64,000 nucleotides of DNA from Candidatus Hydrogenedentota bacterium (lineage in GTDB: Bacteria; Hydrogenedentota; Hydrogenedentia; Hydrogenedentales; SLHB01), in contig BTVY01000009.1 in assembly GCA_045863335.1 (NCBI GenBank), positions 80,723 through 144,722 of the forward strand, read 5' to 3'. The first letter of the stretch is position 1, and each line of letters starts with the position of its first letter. The notes beneath the pieces were generated by a model that saw only the letters and a list, made by a program, of their open reading frames with translations, was not told where the DNA came from and made no database searches. This document shows, piece by piece, positions 36,707-45,736 of the stretch. Both the position numbers and the translations under genes were made by a program.

Positions 36707-38047
36707 ATGCGAAATCATTTCGTACTACAGGGGGCATTCGCGGCTGCATTTGCCGTCGCGCTTCTGACTTGCGGCGCGCCGTTTGTTGCGCGATCGCAAG
36801 AGGCCGCGGCCGATAACGAAGCGCGCCTTGACTGGTGGCGCGAGGCGCGGTTCGGGCTCTTCATCCATTGGGGGCCGGTCGCGCAGAAGGGCACCGAAAT
36901 TGGCTGGTCCCGAGGCACGCAGATTCCCGTCGAGGAATACGACAGCCTTTATACCCGGTTCAATCCAACCCAGTTCTCCGCAACGGAGTGGGCGCAACTC
37001 GCCCGTGACGCTGGCACGAAGTATCTTGTCATCACCAGCAAGCACCACGACGGGTTTTCGCTTTGGGATTCCGAGTTTACCGGCTACGACATGATGTCCT
37101 CGCCCTACGGGCGCGATATCCTGCGGCCGCTCGCCGATGCCTGCCGCGAAGAAGGCCTGCGCTTCTGCACCTACTACTCCATCATCGATTGGTACCATCC
37201 CGATTACATTCCTCGCGGCAAGGGCGACAATCGTCCGCCGGACACCGCCGGTTACGAGCGCTACGTCATCTTCATGAAGAATCAGCTTCGCGAACTCATC
37301 ACGAACTACGGTCCGCTAGGGATACTGTGGTTCGACGGCGAGTGGGAACCGACCTGGACGCACGAGCATGGCTTGGAGTTATACCGGTACGTTCGAGACT
37401 TGCAGCCCTCGATCATCATCAACAATCGCGTCGACAAAGGCCGGAGCGGCATGAAAGGTGTCACGAAATCGGGTGGCTTCGCGGGGGATTACGATACTCC
37501 GGAACAAGAAATCGGCAGTTTCCAACGCGAAAGGCCTTGGGAAACCTGCATGACCATCGGCACGCAGTGGGCCTGGAAGCCCGGCGATACGGTAAAGAGC
37601 TTCGAGGAATGCATCCGCACGCTCGTCCTCACCTGTGGCGGCGACGGGAACCTGTTGCTGAACGTGGGGCCCCAGCCCGACGGAAGCATCGAAGCCAGAC
37701 AAGCCGCCCGCCTGCGCGAGATGGGGGACTGGCTCGAACGTTACGGTGAAAGTATCTATGGCACCCGGGGCGGACCCTTCCTTCCCGGGGAATGGGGCGC
37801 GTCCACGTGCAAGGACAATACGATCTACGTGCATGTCTTCCAGTGGGAAGGCGGTACCTTCACCTTGCCGGCAATCGCGCCACGGATCCAATCGGCGCAC
37901 GTTCTCGGCGGCGCGGAAATTGAGTTCGAGCAGACGGACGGTGGCATTGAATTGCGCCTTGACGAATCACTTCAGGACCCCGTCGACACGGTCATTGCCC
38001 TTGAACTGGACAGCCCGGCATTCGCGATCCAGCTGTTGAGCCGCTAA
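36707..38047 (+). CDS. Alpha-L-fucosidase (GH29)
   Basis: WWREARFGLFIHWG, TSKHHDGF, LWFDG, INNR, TPEQ, WETCMT, GNLLLNVGP. Confidence 0.92.
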   Translation: MRNHFVLQGAFAAAFAVALLTCGAPFVARSQEAAADNEARLDWWREARFGLFIHWGPVAQKGTEIGWSRGTQIPVEEYDSLYTRFNPTQFSATEWAQLARDAGTKYLVITSKHHDGFSLWDSEFTGYDMMSSPYGRDILRPLADACREEGLRFCTYYSIIDWYHPDYIPRGKGDNRPPDTAGYERYVIFMKNQLRELITNYGPLGILWFDGEWEPTWTHEHGLELYRYVRDLQPSIIINNRVDKGRSGMKGVTKSGGFAGDYDTPEQEIGSFQRERPWETCMTIGTQWAWKPGDTVKSFEECIRTLVLTCGGDGNLLLNVGPQPDGSIEARQAARLREMGDWLERYGESIYGTRGGPFLPGEWGASTCKDNTIYVHVFQWEGGTFTLPAIAPRIQSAHVLGGAEIEFEQTDGGIELRLDESLQDPVDTVIALELDSPAFAIQLLSR

Positions 38048-38075
38048 ACTGCTCCCTGCAAGGCAGGGGATCGCA

Positions 38076-38990
38076 ATGCACGCAAGCAACGAAATGGAGA
38101 CCGTCGTCTACAAAACCGTCGGCGATCTCTCCATCAAGGCGGACGTCTATCCCGTAGTCAGCGCCAAGCCGGCGCCGGTGCTGGTGCTTATCCATGGCGG
38201 CGCGCTGATTATGGGGAGCCGCACCAATATCCGCCAAACGCTCCGGTTTCTCTGCGCCCGCGAAGGTTTCGCGCAGGTGTCCATCGACTACCGGCTCGCG
38301 CCGGAGACAAAGCTGCCTGCGATCATCGGAGACCTTCAGGACGCATTCCGCTGGGTTCGCGGGGAAGGGGCGCGCCGCTTCCACTTCGACCCCGACCGGA
38401 TCGGTGTCGTTGGCTGGTCGGCCGGCGGATACCTGACGCTCATGTCGGGATTCTGCGTCGAGCCGCGTCCCAAGGCGTTGGTGTCGTTTTATGGCTATGG
38501 CGACATCGCCGGACCCTGGTACGCCGAACCGGACCCCCATTACTGCCAGCAACCCGCGGTGTCACGCGAAACCGCGCTCGCGTCGGTGGGCAACGCGCCG
38601 CTCACCGAACCGCCGCCCGGCAACGAACGGTTTCAATTTTACCTCTACTGCCGCCAGAACGGGCTTTGGTCGAACGAAGTCGCCGGCTTCGATCCCCACA
38701 CGCAACCGCGCGCCTTCGATCCCTACTGTCCCGTTCGCAACGTGACCTCGGACTATCCGCGCACGCTGTTGTTCCACGGTACCAACGATACCGACGTGCC
38801 CTATCAACAGTCCGTCGACATGGCGGCGGCACTCGATGCAAAGGGAGTGTTCAACGACCTCGTCACCATACCCGGCGGAGGCCACGGATTCGACGGCGGC
38901 GTGCGCGTAGAAGATATGCAGGATTTCCGACCGAAGCCCGGCGCGGCGGCTTTCGCGCGCACGGTGTCGTTTCTCAAGCAGTACGTTTGA
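38076..38990 (+). CDS. Alpha/beta hydrolase (HSL-like esterase)
   Basis: HGGA, DYRLAPE, GWSAGG, HGTNDTDV, GHGF. Confidence 0.9.
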   Translation: MHASNEMETVVYKTVGDLSIKADVYPVVSAKPAPVLVLIHGGALIMGSRTNIRQTLRFLCAREGFAQVSIDYRLAPETKLPAIIGDLQDAFRWVRGEGARRFHFDPDRIGVVGWSAGGYLTLMSGFCVEPRPKALVSFYGYGDIAGPWYAEPDPHYCQQPAVSRETALASVGNAPLTEPPPGNERFQFYLYCRQNGLWSNEVAGFDPHTQPRAFDPYCPVRNVTSDYPRTLLFHGTNDTDVPYQQSVDMAAALDAKGVFNDLVTIPGGGHGFDGGVRVEDMQDFRPKPGAAAFARTVSFLKQYV

Positions 38991-39046
38991 TAGTTGAGAT
39001 CAGACAGTTTTTTTCAACAAACTGCACATGATGGAACGACTCCATG

Positions 39047-39200
39047 TGGAGTGCGGCCCCTCGGGGCTGCTTTGTTTCGCGGAGTTCTGAACTACCGAAG
39101 ATGGTCGAGAGAATTCATTTCAGCGAAAGGGACGGAGTTTATCTCATAGAGCCGCAGGCAAGCCTGCTTCGTAAAGGCAGCCCCAAGGGGCCGCACTCCA
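39047..39200. repeat. Inverted pair of REP-like palindromes (GGAGTGC...GCACTCC type)
   Basis: tggagtgcggcccctcggggctgcttt (39047-39073) vs aaaggcagccccaaggggccgcactcca (39173-39200); inner hairpin gcagg-caag-cctgc. Confidence 0.75.
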
Positions 39201-39229
39201 TAGTGGCCCGTGCATGTAGAAATCTTATC

Positions 39230-39901
39230 TTACGATGGACTTGTGCTGGTCAGGTCAGCGTCATTTGTTCCCGTGACGTACCGTTTGAGCAGGTCATCGA
39301 CTGCCTGGACGTGCTCGTCGCGGAAAGCCACGGCGCCATTGCCGAAAATGGGAAGCCAACTCTTGTATCGGTAGGTCAACGTGCAGCCGCGATCGCCGGT
39401 CCACGTGTAGCTCTCGAAGCGATCCCACCTGAGCAGAGCGCCAAACAGCCAGATCCCATTCTCGCAAATCTTCAGACGCCCCATACCCATGAAAACTCAG
39501 AAGAAGGAGAACGGTACAAAGAATACCGCAAAGATGAGTTCCAGATGGCCATTGGCACCCACAAAGTACTTGGTTGCGGCCAGAACTCCCATCGCCAAGC
39601 TCATGCTACCGTTCATCCAGAAGATCCAGTGCATCGGACGCGGGCCGCAGTCGATCAGCACCTTGCCGGCAGCCGCTTTGTGGGGAAATGAAAAGAGCAG
39701 TGCAGCTATCGCGGATGCGAACGACAAGACGGCGCATAGCGCGATGACGGTCAGCAAGTACGGGAAGCCCCAGCGCGAAGACAGGATGAAAGACACCAAG
39801 CCAATGGGAATCAAAACGCTCACACCACAAATGGCCATGTTTCTGAACCCGGTGCGCCACATTTCAGATGTCATTGGTAGAGACATGGCTTGTGACCTCA
39901 T
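39230..39901 (-). pseudogene. Membrane protein gene interrupted by a single in-frame TGA
   Basis: ORFs 39497-39901 and 39230-39490 are in the same frame: ...ttc ttc TGA gtt ttc atg...; the join gives a continuous TM helix then LKICENGI...LRWDRFESYTW. Confidence 0.6.
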
Positions 39902-39956
39902 GCGTTTAGTCCATAATACTAGATTAGGTCAGTCGGCGCAAGGGGGTAACGTCCGC

Positions 39957-40310
39957 CTACTCCGGCTCCACAATCTTCACCGGCCCGTGGTCGTCGCAGT
40001 GGTCGCCGTGGGGATGGTGAAGGTGGCCGTCGACGAGGTAATCGATGTGGTCGCCGTGGGGCACGGGTTCGTGACCGCAACCAGGTCCGTGGACATGCGC
40101 GGGATCGTGGCCTTCGCAGGGGTGTCCTTCTGTACAGGCGTCCGGATTTGTCTCCGTCACCGGTAACTGGTGCTCATCGTGATGATCGCCATGGGGATGC
40201 AGCAGGTGTCCGTTTTGCAGATAATCGGTGTGCCCCTCATGCTCGATGGCGAGGTGTCCACACTCGGCGCTATGTCTGTGGACGTGACCGCGGTGGGATT
40301 TACAGCTCAT
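39957..40310 (-). CDS. His/Cys-rich two-repeat metal-binding protein
   Basis: 26 His and 6 Cys in 117 aa; duplicated HxHxxxCGHxxxxHxxHxDYLxxGHLxHPHGDHxDxH motif; follows znuB. Confidence 0.85.
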   Translation of the reverse strand: MSCKSHRGHVHRHSAECGHLAIEHEGHTDYLQNGHLLHPHGDHHDEHQLPVTETNPDACTEGHPCEGHDPAHVHGPGCGHEPVPHGDHIDYLVDGHLHHPHGDHCDDHGPVKIVEPE

Positions 40311-40372
40311 TTTCAATTCCTCATCGGCGTGCCCGGCCGGTTTCAGTATACCAAGGAAACGGCCGAACTCGA

Positions 40373-41179
40373 TTACTCATTCCTGAGTGCCAGTCCTAAC
40401 CCTATGGCAATCAGGAAGATGGCCGCTTGCAAGAGAATGATCGTCGCCCCGCTTGGCAAGTTTGAGTAGTACGACACCATCAGGCCCACGACCGCACTGG
40501 TGACGCCCAAGCCCACGGACACGAGGGTCATCGTTCGATACGTTGTCGTCACCAATCGCGCCGCCGCAGCGGGCAAGACCAGAAACGCCGCGATGAGCAG
40601 GATGCCGACAACCTTGATGGCGACGACCACCGCGACCGCGATGGCCACGTTCAGAATGTAATCCGCACGGGTGACCGGCAAGCCGTCCGCCTGCGCGAGG
40701 CTGCGGTCAAAGGTGGCGTAGGCCCACACGCCCCAGAAGGGGATTGTGAACAGTGCGAGGATGGTTACCACGGCTGTCACGATCAGGTCCGTGCCCGAAA
40801 CGCTGAGGATGGAGCCGTACAACACGGCGAATGCGTCGCCGGTATAGCCCTTGGTGATGGACAGAAACACGATGCCCAGCGCCATGGACACGGCGAAGAA
40901 GACGCCGATGGCGGTGTCCTCGGCGAGCTGGGTGCGTTCGCGCACGGCGACGATGCCGACCGCCACGAGGGCCGTGAACGGTACCGCTACCCACAAGGGC
41001 TGCCAGTGAAGCAGTATTCCGAGCGCCACACCGCCGAATGCCGCGTGGGCGAGCCCGCTGCCCATGAACGCCAGCCGTCGTTGCACCACGAAGGTTCCAA
41101 AATAACTCAGCAGGAATCCGGTCATGGCCCCGCCGGCCAGCGCGCGCTGCATGAAGGGATATTGGAGCGCCTCAAACAT
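40373..41179 (-). CDS. znuB: Zn/Mn ABC transporter permease
   Basis: FMQRAL, GLAHAAFGG, GSIL, KVVGILL, PAAAAR, PSGATII; ATG at 41179. Confidence 0.9.
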   Translation of the reverse strand: MFEALQYPFMQRALAGGAMTGFLLSYFGTFVVQRRLAFMGSGLAHAAFGGVALGILLHWQPLWVAVPFTALVAVGIVAVRERTQLAEDTAIGVFFAVSMALGIVFLSITKGYTGDAFAVLYGSILSVSGTDLIVTAVVTILALFTIPFWGVWAYATFDRSLAQADGLPVTRADYILNVAIAVAVVVAIKVVGILLIAAFLVLPAAAARLVTTTYRTMTLVSVGLGVTSAVVGLMVSYYSNLPSGATIILLQAAIFLIAIGLGLALRNE

Positions 41180-41921
41180 CGCGCGATCCGCCACTCGCGG
41201 CGCGGTGCCCCGTGAACCCGAACACCGCCAGCAGCCGCTCCTCGCGCGCCACTTCTTCGGGAGGTCCAAACCCGGCGATACCCTGGTGCATCAGGAGGAC
41301 GTGCGTCGCGTGGACCCGTGCGCCTTCCCAGTCGTGAGTAATCATCAACACGGTCGATTCCGTAGTGCGCTGGTAGCGTTCCAGCAGGTGATACATCTCC
41401 GCCTCACCCGCGACGTCCATGCCCGCGCCGGGTTCGTCAAGGATCAGCAGCTTCGGCTTCCGCACGAGACAACGCGCCAGATACACGCGCTGCAGTTCGC
41501 CGCCGGACAAATGGGGGATGGACCGGTCCGCCAGGGGCGCGACCCCCGCCTTCTCCATGGCCTCCAGCGCCAGTTGCCGTTGCTGCGTGCTGACCCGCCA
41601 GGGCCAACGCCGCGTAATTCCCGTGACGACCAGTTCGATGGCCTTGCCCGGAAACCGGCGGTCCAGTGTCTTCACCTGCGGTATGAAGCCCACATCCATC
41701 GGGTTCGCGTCGTGCACCGGGCTACCGAAGATGCGCACGATTCCCTGGTCCGGTTTCTGGATGCCGAGGATCACGTTCAGCAGGGTGCTCTTGCCCGCGC
41801 CATTGGGGCCGATGATGGCGACGAACGCGCCGATAGGTGCGGCGAAACTGATGTCGCGCAGGGCATGGAAATCCCCGAATCGCAGGGATACCCGTTCCGT
41901 TTCTAAGGCCGGTCCATTCAT
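41172..41921 (-). CDS. znuC: Zn/Mn ABC transporter ATP-binding protein
   Basis: GPNGAGKST, GFIPQ, LSGGELQR, LDEP, ITHD. Confidence 0.92.
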   Translation of the reverse strand: MNGPALETERVSLRFGDFHALRDISFAAPIGAFVAIIGPNGAGKSTLLNVILGIQKPDQGIVRIFGSPVHDANPMDVGFIPQVKTLDRRFPGKAIELVVTGITRRWPWRVSTQQRQLALEAMEKAGVAPLADRSIPHLSGGELQRVYLARCLVRKPKLLILDEPGAGMDVAGEAEMYHLLERYQRTTESTVLMITHDWEGARVHATHVLLMHQGIAGFGPPEEVAREERLLAVFGFTGHRAASGGSRDV

Positions 41922-42811
41922 TGAAGAGCCTCAAGCAGAACCGTTGCGTTCGACCGAATCAACTCTTCATACGTCATTTTGCCCGAAACGCCACCAATCG
42001 GATCGAGTTCAAAGACCGGCACTCCGCCCGCTTCCGCGACGACCTCCGCCGGGCGGCGCGCCAGTTGGGGTTCCGTGAATACCGCCTTGATGCCTACGCG
42101 CTTGATTGTTTCCGCCACCTCGGCGATGTGCTGGGCCGTTGCTTCCTTTCCCGGCGACGGCTCGACCAGCGCCCCGGGCCTCAAGCCGTAGCGCCGAAGA
42201 AAGTAATTCCAACTGGGATGAAACTGTACCACGGGCGCTCCGGCAAGAGGCGCCATCTGCGCATCCATATCGTGGTTGATCTGTTCCAATTCTGCAGCGA
42301 ACCGCTTGGCATTCTGCGCGTATGCAGTAGAGCCTTCCGGGTCCAGTTCCGAGAGACGCTCAACCAGTTCCGGCAGCATCGCCTTCACCGCAAGGGGGTC
42401 GCCCCAGAAGTGGGGGTCGTACCGGCCGTGATCATGTCCGTGCTCGTGCTCTCCGGAACGCTCGTCTTCCGCCTCGAAGGATAACCGAAAGGACTCGGGC
42501 ACGAGCGCCAACGCGCTCACCTTGGTGGCGCCGGGCAGCCGCGCAGCCCAACCGTCAAGCGATTCGTCCACGAAGAACACCGCCAACGCCTGTTCCGTAG
42601 TGCGGATATCGCTTGGCCGGGGCTCGTAGGTGTGCGGCGAAGTTCCCGGCTGGAGCAGCGTGCGCACCGCGGCCCGGTCGCCCGCCACTTCGCTTATGAT
42701 TTGGGCGAGTGGCGCAATGGTGGCCACGTACTCGCGCGGGGCCGCCTCACGCGGTTGGCATGCGGCAATCAGGCTCGCTACGGTTAATGTTGTTAAACCA
42801 AGACGTCTCAT
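41918..42811 (-). CDS. znuA: Zn ABC transporter substrate-binding lipoprotein
   Basis: Lipobox LIAAC; SPHTYEP, His-rich loop EHEHGHDH, DPHFW, FHPSW, LDP; ATG at 42811. Confidence 0.9.
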   Translation of the reverse strand: MRRLGLTTLTVASLIAACQPREAAPREYVATIAPLAQIISEVAGDRAAVRTLLQPGTSPHTYEPRPSDIRTTEQALAVFFVDESLDGWAARLPGATKVSALALVPESFRLSFEAEDERSGEHEHGHDHGRYDPHFWGDPLAVKAMLPELVERLSELDPEGSTAYAQNAKRFAAELEQINHDMDAQMAPLAGAPVVQFHPSWNYFLRRYGLRPGALVEPSPGKEATAQHIAEVAETIKRVGIKAVFTEPQLARRPAEVVAEAGGVPVFELDPIGGVSGKMTYEELIRSNATVLLEALQ

Positions 42812-42922
42812 TTCGTTGGTTCTCTCAGTTTGAAATCCTGTGCAGCAGATTCGCCTCAACCCAGCATTGGCGCATTAGCAGACCGTTCGCTATACTGCTG
42901 CGAGGAGTTGAGGGGCGACTCT

Positions 42923-42944
42923 TAATGATAATATATTATCGATA
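42923..42944. promoter_or_regulatory. Fur/Zur-type operator between divergent znuA and zur
   Basis: Perfect palindrome GATAATATATTATC (42927-42940) within TAATGATAATATATTATCGATA, an AT-rich island in GC-rich DNA. Confidence 0.75.
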
Positions 42945-42972
42945 ACTGTTGTCAAGTAGGATCTCCACCAAC

Positions 42973-43347
42973 ATGCAACGCGACACCGCTCAACGCCGCG
43001 CCATTCGACAGGTCTTCCGGGAAGCCGCCCGGCCCCTGAGCCCGGCCGAAATCCTGGAAGGCGCGCGCCGCTTCGTCCCAAACCTCGGTATTGCAACGGT
43101 CTATCGCTCTGTTCGCGGTCTCACTGAAGAAGGCTGGCTCGTGCCTGTGGAGGTTCCCGGCGAACCACACCGGTACGAGCTTTCCGGTCAGGACCATCAC
43201 CATCACTTCACATGCCGCGCCTGCGGCCGCATGTTCGACTTCGACGGTTGCCCCAACGATTTGGCCCGGCTCGTTCCCGCCGGTTTCGTCATGGAAGACC
43301 ACGAAGTATTCCTCTACGGCCGTTGCGCTGACTGCCGGAAGTCTTAG
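42973..43347 (+). CDS. zur: Fur-family regulator (Zur-like)
   Basis: TAQRRAI, GIATVYR, HHHHFTCRAC, CADC; divergent from znuABC. Confidence 0.85.
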   Translation: MQRDTAQRRAIRQVFREAARPLSPAEILEGARRFVPNLGIATVYRSVRGLTEEGWLVPVEVPGEPHRYELSGQDHHHHFTCRACGRMFDFDGCPNDLARLVPAGFVMEDHEVFLYGRCADCRKS

Positions 43348-43410
43348 CCGATTTCGGTTGTTCTCCATTTAAGTAGCATTTTTCCGTCCGCATTCGATTG
43401 GGAATACACT

Positions 43411-45573
43411 GTGATTACCCACACCTACAAAATACACGGAATGGACTGTGCAGAAGAAGTCGCCGTGCTCAAACGGGAGTTGGGACCGCTGGTGGCGTCG
43501 GATGATGATTTGCGCTTCGATCTCCTTCACGGTCGATTGATCGTGGTTTCCGATGAAACGGGCGACACGATCCAGAGCGCCATTGAAAAAACCGGTATGC
43601 GCGCCGTGCCGTGGAAGGAGCACCTAGAAAAGAGCGAGTTGGACTCCACCTCTTGGAATGCGCGCGGGCGTGAAGTCATGTGCGGGATCAGCGGCGCCAG
43701 TATCGTCGTGGCTTTCCTTGTGCAAGTGATCGCGGTGGGATTACGAGCGGCGGTTATCGAGACGCACGCGGGAATCTACCATCCCGTCACGGGGGTATTG
43801 CTTGGTATTGCGACGGTGGCCGGCGCTTGGTACGTGGTACCCAAGGCGTGGTACGCCCTCCGCTCGCTTCGTCCCGACATCAACCTGCTCATGGTGGTGG
43901 CCATAACCGGCGCGATCATTCTTGGCGAATGGTTCGAAGCGGCCATGGTGAGTTTTCTGTTTTCGCTCGCGCTACTGCTCGAATCGTGGAGCGTGGGCCG
44001 CGCGCGCCGCGCCATTTCCTCGCTTATGGACATGGCCCCGGAAACGGCCCGCTATCGTCCACCTGGGGTAACAACCCCTGAATTCCGCGAAGGTCCTGTG
44101 GGCGAAGTGCCGGTGGGCGCGACCGTATCCGTGCTGCCCGGCGAACGAGTTCCCCTGGACGGCACCGTGACGCGCGGCGCCACGTCCATCAACCAGGCGC
44201 CCATCACGGGCGAGTCCATCCCCGTGCCCAAGGGTGAAGGCGACGAAGTCTACGCAGGGACGATTAACAACGAAGGATCCTTCGAGTTCCGTTCCACCAA
44301 GGCCGCGGAAGATTCCAGCCTCGCACGCATTATCCACATGGTCGAGGAGGCACAGAGTCGCCGCGCGCCCGCGGAGCAGTGGGTCGAACGATTCGCCCGC
44401 TACTACACGCCCGCCATGATGATCCTGGCCATTCTCATCGCGGTCGTTCCGCCGCTGTTCGGTCTGTCCGCGTGGAGTGCTTCTGTTTACCTGGCACTCG
44501 TCTTGTTGGTGATCGCGTGTCCTTGTGCCCTCGTCATCTCCACGCCGGTCAGCATCGTGGCTGGGTTGACGCGTGCCGCGCGCGCCGGTGTTCTGATCAA
44601 GGGCGGCGCGTATCTTGAGATGCCGGCTCACCTCAAGGCCATCGCCATGGACAAGACCGGCACGCTGACCCTGGGAGAGCCGCGCGTGCAACGGGTCATC
44701 CCGCTGAACGGACACAGCGCCGAAGAACTGCTGTCCATGTCCGCCGGCATCGAGTCCCTCAGCCGTCATCCGATTGCGGAAGCCGTCGTGCGGCACGCGC
44801 ACGAACAGCAAATTGCCTTTACGCCCGCCGAGTCCTATCACGCCATTGAAGGCAAAGGGGCGGAGGCGCGCATTGGCGATCGGGTGTATTGGATTGGCAG
44901 CCATCGTCTCTTGCGCGAACGCGGTCACAACGACGACACCGCAAACGAGCACGCCACAGCGATCGAAGACGCGGGGCACACGGTGGTCATGCTCGGCACC
45001 GAAGCGCACATCTGCGGTCTCATTTCGGTTGCCGATGAGGTGCGCGCGGAGAGCCGCGATGCGGTTGCCGCCTTGAAGCGGGCCGGTGTGGACCATGTCA
45101 TTATGATCACGGGCGATAATGAACGCACCGCCCGCGAACTCGCGGCGGCGGTCGGCGTGGACGCGTATTACGCCGAGCAGCTTCCGGAGGACAAGGTCGA
45201 GCGGCTGCGCGAGATCGTCGATCGTCATGGGGCCACTGCCATGGTTGGAGACGGGGTAAACGACGCACCGGCCATGGCCGCGTCGAGTCTCGCCATTGCC
45301 ATGGGCGCCGCGGGCAGCGATGCTGCCATCGAAACCGCCGACGTGGCGCTCATGTCCGACGACCTCTCGAAAGTCCCCTGGCTCGTCGAACATTCCCGAC
45401 GGACGGTCCGAATCATCCGTCAAAACGTGGTCATCGCGCTGGGTCTCAAGGTGGTGGTTTTCGCACTCGCACTTGCCGGTTGGGCGACCCTCTGGCTCGC
45501 CATTCTCGCCGATACGGGCGCATCGCTGATCGTCATCTTTAACGGCCTCCGCCTCCTCGGCACCCGGGAGTAG
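43411..45573 (+). CDS. zntA: Heavy-metal P1B-2 type ATPase (Zn/Cd/Pb; ZntA/CadA-like)
   Basis: HMA GMDCAEE, TGES, CPC, DKTGT, HP, GDGVND, Lys (ALGLK) and Asp-Gly (LADTG) in the last TMs. Confidence 0.88.
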   Translation: MITHTYKIHGMDCAEEVAVLKRELGPLVASDDDLRFDLLHGRLIVVSDETGDTIQSAIEKTGMRAVPWKEHLEKSELDSTSWNARGREVMCGISGASIVVAFLVQVIAVGLRAAVIETHAGIYHPVTGVLLGIATVAGAWYVVPKAWYALRSLRPDINLLMVVAITGAIILGEWFEAAMVSFLFSLALLLESWSVGRARRAISSLMDMAPETARYRPPGVTTPEFREGPVGEVPVGATVSVLPGERVPLDGTVTRGATSINQAPITGESIPVPKGEGDEVYAGTINNEGSFEFRSTKAAEDSSLARIIHMVEEAQSRRAPAEQWVERFARYYTPAMMILAILIAVVPPLFGLSAWSASVYLALVLLVIACPCALVISTPVSIVAGLTRAARAGVLIKGGAYLEMPAHLKAIAMDKTGTLTLGEPRVQRVIPLNGHSAEELLSMSAGIESLSRHPIAEAVVRHAHEQQIAFTPAESYHAIEGKGAEARIGDRVYWIGSHRLLRERGHNDDTANEHATAIEDAGHTVVMLGTEAHICGLISVADEVRAESRDAVAALKRAGVDHVIMITGDNERTARELAAAVGVDAYYAEQLPEDKVERLREIVDRHGATAMVGDGVNDAPAMAASSLAIAMGAAGSDAAIETADVALMSDDLSKVPWLVEHSRRTVRIIRQNVVIALGLKVVVFALALAGWATLWLAILADTGASLIVIFNGLRLLGTRE

Positions 45574-45582
45574 AAAATTTGG

Positions 45583-45665
45583 GAAAATGGGGACACCCAT
45601 TTTCCTTCTAAGCGCCCGTGCAAAGTACTCAGTAATCTAAAAGGAAAATGGTGTCCCCATTTTTC
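45583..45665. repeat. Inverted repeat of about 24 bp (REP-like or terminator)
   Basis: aaaatggggacacccattttcctt vs aaggaaaatggtgtccccatttt (one-base indel); each arm is itself a hairpin. Confidence 0.65.
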
Positions 45666-45736
45666 TTGCCCGCACTCTTGTGCGATGATCGTGCATCGGC
45701 TATTGGAGCGACGATGTTCACATGAAGGGGGCTCAT

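Noticed and set aside
39044-39691. 215-aa plus-strand ORF
   Set aside because: Runs through the REP-like repeat and antisense to the interrupted membrane-protein gene
42961-42970. ATCTCCACCA matches the 3' end of tRNA-Ala (6192-6201), a possible attR
   Set aside because: Only 10 bp, plausible by chance in 64 kb; it lies in the zur leader and there is no integrase
43972-45600. 542-aa minus-strand ORF
   Set aside because: Antisense to the P1B ATPase
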